Shown here: positions 19,339 to 28,369 of the stretch, piece by piece
Layout of the letters: each line of letters begins with the position of its first letter
Numbering within the stretch: the stretch's first letter is position 1
Assembly (NCBI GenBank): GCA_000830295.1
Contig: CP010425.1
Location: 288,001-352,000, forward strand
Reading direction: 5' to 3'
DNA length: 64,000 nt
Source of the DNA: an archaeon GW2011_AR15
Lineage (GTDB): Archaea; Nanobdellota; Nanobdellia; Woesearchaeales; GW2011-AR15
Translations under genes and position numbers: made by a program
Notes under the pieces: model-generated
What the model was told of the DNA's origin: nothing
What the model saw: the letters and a program-made list of their open reading frames with translations, nothing else
Database searches by the model: none

Positions 19339-20229
19339 TTACGGTTTAACTTCAGTGTATATAATATTTTTTGAAAGCTTTTTCATGGAGTTCATCACAC
19401 CGTCTTTTTTGTCCTGCTCAACCAGCGCAACCATGTTCCCTCCTTTTCCTGCTCCTGCCAGCTTTGCCCCAAGCGCGCCTGCTGATTTTGCTGCACTGAC
19501 AAGCTCGTCAAGTTCTTTGCAGGAGACGCCAATCTGCTGGAGCAGTGCATGGTTCTTGTCCATCAGCCCCCCAAGCTGTGCTGTTTCCCCGCTTTCAAGG
19601 GCTGTTTTTGCATTTCCTGCTATCTGCCCGATTTTTTCAAACAGCGCTGAATATTCTTCCCTGTCTCTCTCATATCTCTGCCTGACTTCCAGCACAGCCT
19701 CTTTTGTCGGGGACTTTATGCCTGTGTTTGCTATTACAAGATGCAGGGGCTTTTTCAGTTTCAGAAAATACATTTCCCCGTCGTAAAAATAAACAGGCTT
19801 TCCATAAGTCACAACTGTATTGTCTATCCCGCTCGGCGTGCCGTGGAACATCTTCTCGCATTCAAATGCTATCTCATTCACCTTTTTGTCATCAATTGCC
19901 TTCCCAAGATGCTCTGCTATTGCCCTTATAAGTGCAACTGAAAGCGCTGCAGAGCTTCCCATGCCTGATGCAACCGGAATCGTCGACCTTATCTTTATCT
20001 CCATGTCTTTTTTTTCAGCATGGAGCTGGAAGAACAATAATTCAAGCAGGTCATTCAGCCTCTCTTTTTCCTCCTTGTACAGCTCCCTGTCAGTCTCATA
20101 AGAAAAATAGTCAGAAGGACTTATGGAAACTTCGACTGCCGCGTCTTTCACAGGGACTGCAATGCCGGGGTAGCCGTAGACAACTGCGTGCTCACCGAAC
20201 AAAATTATTTTTCCTGATGCCTTGGCCAT
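19339..20229 (-). CDS. mvk: Mevalonate kinase
   Basis: GKIILFGEHAVVYG, PVASGMGSSAA, HGTPSGID. Confidence 0.93.
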   Translation of the reverse strand: MAKASGKIILFGEHAVVYGYPGIAVPVKDAAVEVSISPSDYFSYETDRELYKEEKERLNDLLELLFFQLHAEKKDMEIKIRSTIPVASGMGSSAALSVALIRAIAEHLGKAIDDKKVNEIAFECEKMFHGTPSGIDNTVVTYGKPVYFYDGEMYFLKLKKPLHLVIANTGIKSPTKEAVLEVRQRYERDREEYSALFEKIGQIAGNAKTALESGETAQLGGLMDKNHALLQQIGVSCKELDELVSAAKSAGALGAKLAGAGKGGNMVALVEQDKKDGVMNSMKKLSKNIIYTEVKP

Positions 20230-20376
20230 GATTTAAGATATTGCCAGACTATATATAAGAATAACGGAAAATCCTGAAAAACGCATTTAAAAGTCCATAA
20301 TAAATATGGTTTATGCCGAGGGTAATTGACAAAACTGAGAAACATTTGCCAGAATTTAAAGAATTAATGGAAAAAA

Positions 20377-20511
20377 TTATCTGACTCTTTTTACCCGCCC
20401 TGCTTTGACATCATCTAATCCTTTCTTGAATTTCCCGACTAATTCCCAGTCTACCTGTTCCAGTTTCTTGAGCCTATCGTATTCTTCTCTTGGTATCGTT
20501 ACAGTATCCAT
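20377..20511 (-). CDS. Small antitoxin-like protein (44 aa)
   Basis: Manual translation MDTVTIPREEYDRLKKLEQVDWELVGKFKKGLDDVKAGRVKRVR resembles archaeal RelB-like antitoxins; TTTATAAA upstream. Confidence 0.65.
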   Translation of the reverse strand: MDTVTIPREEYDRLKKLEQVDWELVGKFKKGLDDVKAGRVKRVR

Positions 20512-20553
20512 ATTAGCAAATAACAGGATATTCTTTATAAAGTTTGTTGCTGT

Positions 20554-21720
20554 CTACCTGTTTAATTTCTGATGCGAGCTGCTGAGCTCTTTAGAGCACA
20601 GTGCACCCAATAAAGATATCTCTCCTGCAAGGACGGCAGCCGCGGTTATCTCTGCAAGTTTTTTTGAGTTTGCCCCAGGCGGATTCCCCGGGCCGGCAAC
20701 ACCCATTATGGAAAGCGCTTCCTTCTGCGTCTTCAGCCCTGTTCCGCCTCCTACTGTGCCGACCTGCAGGCTTGAAAGAGTAACAGAGAAATTAACTCCT
20801 CCCTCATTTTTTTCAACTGTTGTGAATCCGAGAGAACCGTCAACAACATGCGCGGCATCCTGACCTGTTGCAATGAACATTGCAGCTATTATATTTGCGA
20901 AATGCGCGTTGTATCCGAGGCTTCCTGAGGCAGCGCTTCCGAGAAGGTTCTTCCTGTAATTCATGTCAGCCAGGTTATCAGATGTTGTTTTCAGGACTGA
21001 CTCAATGACTTCTTCGGGTATGCTGACAGATGCAATAACTCTTTTCCCTCTTGACTCTATTAAATTCATTGCGCCCGGTTTCTTGTCAACGCACATGTTC
21101 CCTGATTCAGAGACAAATTCAATCTCATAATTTTTTGAGACATAATCAGCGATTTTTTTGCCTGCAATAGTGACCATGTTCATTCCCATTGCATCGCTTG
21201 TGTCTGCCTTTATCCTCAGCCATACATTCAGGCCTACAACATATGAATCAATACCAATAATTCTCAGGAACCTCTCTCCCTCTTCCCCTGCTTTCTTTAA
21301 TTTTTCAAAATTTTCCTCTGCCCATTCTGTGAATTTTTTTGCTTCTTTGACTGATTTTGCTTTGAACAGTATTGAGCGCGTCTGCTCATTTTTTATTATG
21401 ACTGCCTCTGCCCCGCCTGATTTGCTTATTACTGAGCATCCCCTGCTGACAGATGCGACAAGTGCGCCTTCTGTTGTTGCCAGAGGGATGTAGAATTCGC
21501 CTTTTGCATGCTCCCCGCTGACTTTGACAGGCCCGGCAATTCCCATGGGAAGCTGGGCTGAGCCGATTAAATTTTCTATGTTTGCGTCTGCTTGTTTTTC
21601 ATTAAGTATGGATTTTTTTATGTTTTCAAGATTAACTCCCAGTTTTTTTTCCAGAAAAGCTCTTCTTTCTTCTTCTGCCATCTCATGCAGTTTTTTAGCA
21701 GAGCCTGAATTTGTACCCAT
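20554..21720 (-). CDS. hmgA: HMG-CoA reductase (class I)
   Basis: ENLIG, PLATTEGALVAS, DAMGMN, GTVGGGT. Confidence 0.96.
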   Translation of the reverse strand: MGTNSGSAKKLHEMAEEERRAFLEKKLGVNLENIKKSILNEKQADANIENLIGSAQLPMGIAGPVKVSGEHAKGEFYIPLATTEGALVASVSRGCSVISKSGGAEAVIIKNEQTRSILFKAKSVKEAKKFTEWAEENFEKLKKAGEEGERFLRIIGIDSYVVGLNVWLRIKADTSDAMGMNMVTIAGKKIADYVSKNYEIEFVSESGNMCVDKKPGAMNLIESRGKRVIASVSIPEEVIESVLKTTSDNLADMNYRKNLLGSAASGSLGYNAHFANIIAAMFIATGQDAAHVVDGSLGFTTVEKNEGGVNFSVTLSSLQVGTVGGGTGLKTQKEALSIMGVAGPGNPPGANSKKLAEITAAAVLAGEISLLGALCSKELSSSHQKLNR

Positions 21721-22108
21721 ACTGGATTACCCCCTTTGCGCCGTGCTCCATTATCTTCCTGAAAACAACTTCAACATTTTTTCCAATCTCAATATCCTCA
21801 AAATTGCAGTCGACTATCTCTGCTGTCAGCATCGGGCCTTCCTCAAGCTTTATCACAGCGACAGCATAGGGAACGTCCCTTGCAGGAATCTCTGTGTTCT
21901 CCCCCTCAGGGTCGCTTATCGGAGTCCTTGTAATAGTGAACGTGACTATCTGGCCTTTTCCCTCAAATTTATAATCTGTCATCTCAAGGCAGCCGCATTT
22001 TTTGCACACGTCCCTGACAGGAAAATACAGCTCCTTGCATTCAGGGCACTGCCTGCCTATGAGGTTGTAGTATTCGGGTATTTTCCGCCAAATCTTGGGA
22101 ACTGCCAT
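21695..22108 (-). CDS. DUF35 Zn-ribbon/OB-fold scaffold of the thiolase-HMGS complex
   Basis: CPEC...CKKC, YGYKF; follows thiolase. Confidence 0.92.
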   Translation of the reverse strand: MAVPKIWRKIPEYYNLIGRQCPECKELYFPVRDVCKKCGCLEMTDYKFEGKGQIVTFTITRTPISDPEGENTEIPARDVPYAVAVIKLEEGPMLTAEIVDCNFEDIEIGKNVEVVFRKIMEHGAKGVIQYGYKFRLC

Positions 22109-22109
22109 T

Positions 22110-23261
22110 TTATCTTCTGAAAATATGGACGACTGCTGTGCCGCCGCTTCCTCCTACATTGTGTGTTAATGCTATTTCTGCGCCTGTGCTGTTGCCTGCC
22201 TCTCCCCTCAGCTGTTTTACTGCCTCTATTGCCTGGGCAATCCCTGTTGCGCCCACAGGATGGCCTTTTGCCTTTAATCCTCCAGAGGTGTTTACCGGGA
22301 TTTTTCCTCCGACCATTGTCTGGCCTTCTTCTGTGAATCTGCCAGAGCTACCTTTTTCCACAAATCCCAGATCCTCCAGCGCAAGCAGTTCTGCTATTGT
22401 AAAGCAGTCGTGGACTTCCGCAACCTGTATATCTTCAGGAGTTAATTTTGCCTGCTCATATGCTTTTTTAGCTGCCTCAACTGTTGCCTTTAATGTAAGG
22501 ATGTCTTCCCTGTCATGCAGGCTTATTGAGTCTGTTGCATGCCCGCTTCCTGCTATCCATACCGGAGTATCACTAAGCTCCCTTGCTTTTTCTTCAGAAG
22601 CCAGAACAACTGCTGCCCCGCCGTCTGTTATCGGGCTGGCATCCAGCAGCTTTATCGGGTCTGAAATCAGTGTGGATTCCATAACGTCCCGGACCGTGAT
22701 TTCTTTCCTGAACTGCGCATACTTGTTTGTCATTGCATTCTTATGGTTCTTTACAGCCACTGCCGCCATCTGCTCCTCTGTTGTGCCGTACTTGTGCATG
22801 TGCAGCTTTGCCATCATTGCATACAGCCCCGGGAAAGTTGCCCCAAAGATCCCTTCGCTGTCTGTGTCAGCTGCGGTTGCAAGGACTTTTGTGACAGAGT
22901 AATTCCCTAAGTCAGTCATCTTCTCGACGCCGCCTGCAACCGCTATGTCATGCTCGCCTGATGCAATGTCCAGATATGCCTGCCTCAGTGCCAGGCCTCC
23001 TGATGCGCAGGCTGCCTCAACCCTTACAGATGGAATATTTTTGAAGCCTGAGTAATCCGGAATCTTGCTGGCCAGATGCTCCTGGTTTGCGAAAAGCCCG
23101 CCCGACATTGTGCCGCCGTAAAGCACTTCAACATCTTTCTGCGATATGCCTGCATCCCTGACTGCCTTTACACCTGCCTCTACACTTAAACTTGTTAATC
23201 CTCTTTCCCAAAGCTGGCCGAATCTTGTCTGCCCCAGTCCGATTACCGCTACTTTTCTCAT
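22110..23261 (-). CDS. Acetoacetyl-CoA thiolase (archaeal type)
   Basis: [26 protein letters not shown]. Confidence 0.95.
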   Translation of the reverse strand: MRKVAVIGLGQTRFGQLWERGLTSLSVEAGVKAVRDAGISQKDVEVLYGGTMSGGLFANQEHLASKIPDYSGFKNIPSVRVEAACASGGLALRQAYLDIASGEHDIAVAGGVEKMTDLGNYSVTKVLATAADTDSEGIFGATFPGLYAMMAKLHMHKYGTTEEQMAAVAVKNHKNAMTNKYAQFRKEITVRDVMESTLISDPIKLLDASPITDGGAAVVLASEEKARELSDTPVWIAGSGHATDSISLHDREDILTLKATVEAAKKAYEQAKLTPEDIQVAEVHDCFTIAELLALEDLGFVEKGSSGRFTEEGQTMVGGKIPVNTSGGLKAKGHPVGATGIAQAIEAVKQLRGEAGNSTGAEIALTHNVGGSGGTAVVHIFRR

Positions 23262-24286
23262 GCTAGTTTGCCCGTGTTTTTCAGATATTTTGGATAGCTG
23301 ATATACACCTTGTCATTGATTTGCGATTCAACAGATTTCGTCTGCCTGTCTGCTATCCTTCCTGTTACAATCAGGTCAAAACTGTCGCTTCCTGCTCCTG
23401 AGCCGTATGATGTCAGGAGAATTCTCTGGCCTGGCTTTGCTATGTCAAGTACTGCTGCTAACCCGAGCAGTGATGAGCCTGAATAAGTGTTCCCTATCTT
23501 CCTTACAACCATTCCCGGAGCTATCTGCTCTTCTGTGAATCCCAATAGTTTTGCAACCCTTGCCGGGAATTTTCCGTTCGGCTGGTGGAAAACCGCATAG
23601 TCATAATCCTCCGGCTTTGTGCCGACATCTTTCATGAGCATTTTTGTTGCCTCTGTTATGTGCCTGTAATAAGCAGGCTCGCCTGTGAATGCCCCGCCAT
23701 GCCCGGGGTATTTCTGCTCTTTCCTTCTCCAGAAATCAGGGGTGTCTGATGTGAAAGAAAGTGTCTGGTTTATCTCCGCAACAACATTCTCCTCGCCTAT
23801 TATGAAAACTGCCCCGCCTGCTGCTGCTGTATATTCCAATGGGTCTCCGGGAGCTGCCTGGGCTGTGTCTGCGCCTCCTGCAATGACGTAATCAGCCATT
23901 CCCGAGCGCGCCCATGCAGCAGCAACCTGCATTGCCGCAGTCCCTGCCTTGCATGCAAATTCAAAATCTGCTGTTGTGTAGTCATTCGATAATCCTATGG
24001 CTGTCCCCACTATTGTTCCTGTTGGCTTGACAGCATAAGGGTGGCTTTCAGAGCCTATGTAGACAGCGCCTATTTCCTTCGGGCTTAATTTTGATGATTT
24101 CAGAGCCCTCCTTGCAGCCTCGACTGCAATCGTCGCAGTGTCCTCGTCAATCCCAGGCACTGATTTCTCTGTTATGCCTAATCCTAACTTGATTTGTTCT
24201 GCATCCCCGCCGTGGGCGGCTGCAATATCCTCTACCTTAATCCTGTATCTTGGTATATAAGAGCCCCACGCAACAATTCCTGCCAT
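23258..24286 (-). CDS. HMG-CoA synthase (archaeal type)
   Basis: [31 protein letters not shown]. Confidence 0.95.
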   Translation of the reverse strand: MAGIVAWGSYIPRYRIKVEDIAAAHGGDAEQIKLGLGITEKSVPGIDEDTATIAVEAARRALKSSKLSPKEIGAVYIGSESHPYAVKPTGTIVGTAIGLSNDYTTADFEFACKAGTAAMQVAAAWARSGMADYVIAGGADTAQAAPGDPLEYTAAAGGAVFIIGEENVVAEINQTLSFTSDTPDFWRRKEQKYPGHGGAFTGEPAYYRHITEATKMLMKDVGTKPEDYDYAVFHQPNGKFPARVAKLLGFTEEQIAPGMVVRKIGNTYSGSSLLGLAAVLDIAKPGQRILLTSYGSGAGSDSFDLIVTGRIADRQTKSVESQINDKVYISYPKYLKNTGKLA

Positions 24287-24330
24287 TTTCCCCCGTGTAT
24301 AGTAATTTGATGATGGTTTTTAAAGGTTGT

Positions 24331-24518
24331 GAAAAAGACATACCATTCACTACCTATCGTATCTACAATAGTAGAAATTATTAGAAGCTTCTAGACATAG
24401 ATATTCTGCCACAGGCCTAAGGACCCCTGTAGGAGAGCCGTTCAGGATATATGTAAGGGCATACGGCGACAATGTTGTTTCTGATGAGATTACAAGCGAG
24501 TGGGTCTACTGGGAGTAA
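24331..24518 (+). pseudogene. Possible gene remnant resembling the C-terminal strands of an FN3-like domain
   Basis: 24381-24518 reads LEASRHRYSATGLRTPVGEPFRIYVRAYGDNVVSDEITSEWVYWE* with no start; TYRIY lies upstream in another frame. Confidence 0.3.
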
Positions 24519-25441
24519 TCATATCCCCTGCTGACAATTTTCACATCCAGCACAATTAATTTTCTCTCTTTGCAGTATCCCAGAAGTTTTTCTTTATTTT
24601 TCAGGCAAACCGCAAGCATGACATCCCCTCCGCCTGCACCGGCAAGCCCTGCAGTATAGGCCCAGTTTTTTTTAAGGGCATCAATAAGCCCTGTCATTTC
24701 CTCTGGTTCAATATCAACCCCTGCAAGCTCCCCTAATTTTTTTCTTGCCTGCCATGACTTCTCCAGATAAAATTTTATCTGTTCTGTATTCTCCTGCTCA
24801 AATGCTTTTTTGCAGAGGAGGTTTATGTTATTGTACTCTCCCATGAAGTCCTTATATTCTCCCGGCTTTTTTTTCTTGTATGCCAGAACTTTTGAAACCA
24901 TCTCAGCTGTTGATGCCGGCCTGCCTGTATATATCAGAACAGGAACCAGTTCAGAAGGCCATTCAAATTCCTCTCTTGAGCTGCCGGAGAAAAACTGCGA
25001 GCCGTAGCACGCAGCAGAAATATCATATCCGCTCCCCTTGTTTCCCTGTGCCCTGTAATGCGCTTTTTTTGCTGTCTCATACACTTTGTCCCTGCCATCA
25101 ATCCCGTGTATTTTCAAAACAGCAGCAGCAACTGCAACAGCAGCAGCAGCAGAGCTTCCAAGCCCTGTTTTCCCGTCTAAAAACATCTCCTTATCACTGG
25201 ATGTCTTTATTGATAAGTTTTTCACAGCAATCTTTTTTTTCTTCAGGAAAGCATGCGCTTCTTCAAGGGCAGCTTTCACAAACCTGTCATCCCTGCCTTT
25301 CGTGTCTATCTTATTTTCTCCTGATTCCTCAACTTCAGCAGTAACTCCTTTATCGACATTGACAACCAGCCCTATATTATCAGCCTCGAGAATAGCATAG
25401 CCTCCGAAAACAAGTATCTTGCCGTATGCTTTTGCTTCCAT
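24506..25441 (-). CDS. Phosphomevalonate kinase (GHMP, ERG8/MvaK2-like)
   Basis: GKILVFGGYAIL, KTGLGSSAA, HYRAQG.KGSGYDI, GAGGGD. Confidence 0.88.
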   Translation of the reverse strand: MEAKAYGKILVFGGYAILEADNIGLVVNVDKGVTAEVEESGENKIDTKGRDDRFVKAALEEAHAFLKKKKIAVKNLSIKTSSDKEMFLDGKTGLGSSAAAAVAVAAAVLKIHGIDGRDKVYETAKKAHYRAQGNKGSGYDISAACYGSQFFSGSSREEFEWPSELVPVLIYTGRPASTAEMVSKVLAYKKKKPGEYKDFMGEYNNINLLCKKAFEQENTEQIKFYLEKSWQARKKLGELAGVDIEPEEMTGLIDALKKNWAYTAGLAGAGGGDVMLAVCLKNKEKLLGYCKERKLIVLDVKIVSRGYDYSQ

Positions 25442-26382
25442 CAGAACAGGTGCTCCTCTGTATACCTGACTCCTTTCCCAGGCCTTGAGATTATTATTTT
25501 CCCGAAGCCGAAAAGCGCGTCTTTTGCTTTTGTGAGATTTTTCTTTGTTGTTATTATGTGGGCATTGGGGCCTGCGTCAAAAGTGTAGGCTGCTATTATC
25601 CCGCTGCTGTTCAGCTCCCTTACTATGTCTTTTATTGCATAAGACTTTTCATTCAGATATTCTATCCCTGCTTCTTCTATGCATGCGTGCATATTATCAG
25701 AATCTTTCATTATTGCCTCTGCCAGTGCAGGAAAATCTTTTTCCGCAATTGCCTTCCTTACTGCATCAAGCGTCCTGCTGATACTTTTTATTCTCTCCTT
25801 ATACAATCTGCTTTTCTCCTGCGTCAGCTTCATTGCCTCCCTTGAGCTTATTTTTTTCTCGTCGCTGCTCGTTATAACAACAATGTCCCTAAGCTCTTCC
25901 CAGTAAAGCCCGTCATGCAGCTGCACAGCATGCTCTCCTGACCATTCAACAAATCCGCTGTATACTGACCGGGAAGCACTGCCTGAGCCTTTTCTTGCCA
26001 GGGCAGACAGCTGCTCGTCTGTGAGCCCTAAATCAAGTGCCTTATTGCATGCTGCTGCAAGCGCTGCAAACCCTGATGCTGACGATGCAATCCCTGATGC
26101 TGTGGGAAACGTATTCACAGAAACAACCTTAGCCTTTGAGCCGCACCTGAACAGGCTGATGAATTCAGAGACCTTTTTCAGCTTCTCCCCTGTCTCTTTT
26201 CTGTCGTTCAGGATAAATTCATCCTCGCCATATTTATCAGAGAACTCGACTGTCGTCCTTGTTGACAGTGTGCTGTCAAGCGTCATTGAGATGCTCGGAT
26301 TCATGGGGATATTATCCTCTGATTTCTTCCCCCAGTATTTTACGAATGCTATGTTAGAATTTGCTATTGCTGTTGCTTTCAT
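25441..26382 (-). CDS. mvaD: Diphosphomevalonate decarboxylase
   Basis: NIAFVKYWGK, SGIASSASG, GSGSASRS, TFDAGPN. Confidence 0.92.
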   Translation of the reverse strand: MKATAIANSNIAFVKYWGKKSEDNIPMNPSISMTLDSTLSTRTTVEFSDKYGEDEFILNDRKETGEKLKKVSEFISLFRCGSKAKVVSVNTFPTASGIASSASGFAALAAACNKALDLGLTDEQLSALARKGSGSASRSVYSGFVEWSGEHAVQLHDGLYWEELRDIVVITSSDEKKISSREAMKLTQEKSRLYKERIKSISRTLDAVRKAIAEKDFPALAEAIMKDSDNMHACIEEAGIEYLNEKSYAIKDIVRELNSSGIIAAYTFDAGPNAHIITTKKNLTKAKDALFGFGKIIISRPGKGVRYTEEHLF

Positions 26383-26421
26383 AAGCCAGGAGAATGCAAG
26401 AAGGTATAAAAGAATTTTGAA

Positions 26422-26697
26422 TTATGACCTTATTTTCTTGACTTCTTTCAGAAGCTCTGTGTTATCCTTCCTGAGCCTTGAAATAGCATCCCTAAGTGCC
26501 TTTTTCGGGTCCTTGTCATCTGTCTCGATTATGAATTTTGGCACGCCTATGATTGGGTGGCTTATATTGTAGGCTGATACTGTCACTTCCTTGTCATTCC
26601 ACAGCTCCTGCCTCAGGGCGTTGCACAGCGTGTGGCCTTCTCCCTTAAGCTCAAAAACCAGCCTTTTCTTCTTGTCTTCTAGAATGTTTATTTCCAT
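26422..26697 (-). CDS. rpoL: DNA-directed RNA polymerase subunit L (Rpo11)
   Basis: GEGHTLCNALR, YNISHP. Confidence 0.95.
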   Translation of the reverse strand: MEINILEDKKKRLVFELKGEGHTLCNALRQELWNDKEVTVSAYNISHPIIGVPKFIIETDDKDPKKALRDAISRLRKDNTELLKEVKKIRS

Positions 26698-26804
26698 ATC
26701 CCCTGAGAAATCGCGTTTGGTTTAAAAAGGTTTTGTGTGCCCGCGCAAATATTCCGGAATATGCCGGCTTAGTTTCATTAATCTGCTATAGGGATAAAAC
26801 AGCA

Positions 26805-26975
26805 ATGAAAAAACATCCTGTCAAAAAATGGGAGGTAAGCATCAGCGAGCTTCAGGAGGGAATAGACAAAAGGTTTAAGGTCACGAGAAGGCTCCCGGAC
26901 ATGTCTGTAGCTGAAACCAGGATATTCAGGGATAAAAAGAAAGCCAGGGCACTATTTGACGAGTGGCTGAAATAA
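26805..26975 (+). CDS. Small hypothetical protein
   Basis: MKKHPVKKWEV... 56 aa, start reassigned to ATG 26805. Confidence 0.5.
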   Translation: MKKHPVKKWEVSISELQEGIDKRFKVTRRLPDMSVAETRIFRDKKKARALFDEWLK

Positions 26976-27272
26976 CTCCTCAATTCTTGAGTTCAAGATT
27001 TCAATAAGCTCGGGCTGGTTATGGGTATAGATATCCGGGATATCTAGATTAAGAATGCGTTTAAGCAGATACTGTTTAGGGAACCTCTTGGCTATCTCGC
27101 CCCGCTGGTGCCCTTCCATTACTATGATAACATCAGCCCAGGAAATCTGCTTCTCAGTAACAGGCTTCTCGTTATAAAGCCCTGCTGATCTAGTGTTGAA
27201 CCTGTCTTTAAAGAGTTCCTCTGCTGTTTTGCTCCTGTTCTGGTTCTGATTGCATATGAACAAAATATTCAT
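26952..27272 (-). CDS. Low-molecular-weight protein-tyrosine-phosphatase-like protein
   Basis: ILFICNQNQNRS (CX5R), SAGL, WADVIIVME, LDIPD. Confidence 0.9.
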   Translation of the reverse strand: MNILFICNQNQNRSKTAEELFKDRFNTRSAGLYNEKPVTEKQISWADVIIVMEGHQRGEIAKRFPKQYLLKRILNLDIPDIYTHNQPELIEILNSRIEELFQPLVK

Positions 27273-27367
27273 AACAGATAATATTGGATGCCTGAATATA
27301 AAGTTTGAGGTTTAACGTCTTGTAGAATCAAAATATTCCCTAATCTGAAAAAAGAAAATAAAAAGAA

Positions 27368-28243
27368 TTATTTCTTGCTTTTCTCCCTGAGAGTATTATA
27401 CAGCCCTATTACCTTTTTCCCAAGATCGCTCCCTGCAGCCTGGTTTAGTGCTTTTTTAACCCCTTCAGAAATCTCTTCACCTTTCTCTCTTAGTTTATTG
27501 GCCATCTCTTCCCTGTATGTCTCTGCCAAAGCTTCCACATAGTTCTTCTGGGATGCTGCTGCTTTTTCCGGGTCCTTTAGATGCTCGCTGGCAATAAAAT
27601 CAGCCAGGCTGTAGTCCCCGCCGCCCATTGCGCGCTCATATGCTGCATTCCATGCGTTTCTGGCCAATTCCGGCTGCTGCCTGAAATAGTGCTCTGCAAA
27701 AAGACCTGCTCCGACCACTGTTTCCGGCATCATAAGCTCATTATACGTTTTCATTAAGGATGCTTCATATGCCATCTCTTCCAGTGTGTCATCATTAAGC
27801 TTCATCCCTGCGATAACCTGGGCTGTGTCATACAGCCCTTTGTCCATTGCTTCATTAAATTCTGACAGGTGCAGCTGCTTTTTCGCGTCTGCCATCATGC
27901 TGCTGTCATTCATTTTTGCAGCAAATTCTATGGCCCCGGCATAATCCCCGTTATTCATTGATGCCTCATATGCAAGCCCCCACGCAGTCATGTTTCCTTC
28001 ATGTATTACATCTTCTGCCTTGGCTACTAACTCCCCTTTTCCAAGCCTTCTTGCAAATTCAAGCGCAGTGGAATAATCTTTGCTTCCAAATGCTGCTTCA
28101 AATCCTGCTGCTCTTGCCTGCTCAAGAAGCTCCGGCTTTTTAGGAAGATATCTCTCTGCTACCATTTCTGCCAGAAGAAAATCCCCGCCTTTCATTGCCA
28201 GATTATACTCTCTCTGGTGAACCAATCCGTCTGTTATTGCCAT
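27368..28243 (-). CDS. Hypothetical alpha-helical repeat protein
   Basis: Recurring Y/F..AM..GDY..A..A units. Confidence 0.7.
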   Translation of the reverse strand: MAITDGLVHQREYNLAMKGGDFLLAEMVAERYLPKKPELLEQARAAGFEAAFGSKDYSTALEFARRLGKGELVAKAEDVIHEGNMTAWGLAYEASMNNGDYAGAIEFAAKMNDSSMMADAKKQLHLSEFNEAMDKGLYDTAQVIAGMKLNDDTLEEMAYEASLMKTYNELMMPETVVGAGLFAEHYFRQQPELARNAWNAAYERAMGGGDYSLADFIASEHLKDPEKAAASQKNYVEALAETYREEMANKLREKGEEISEGVKKALNQAAGSDLGKKVIGLYNTLREKSKK

Positions 28244-28369
28244 TTTTATACCCCCCAAATATGCTAATTTTGTATAAAAGAACAGAAAGTTATATTTAAA
28301 GCCGATTATCAGTTTCTCAGATTATTTTCTAAAACCTTAAATATCATATTTGTTTCCAAGGGTGCACAG

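Noticed and set aside
25121-25152. (GCA)n-like trinucleotide run
   Set aside because: It encodes the Ala-rich helix after the GHMP motif of PMK.
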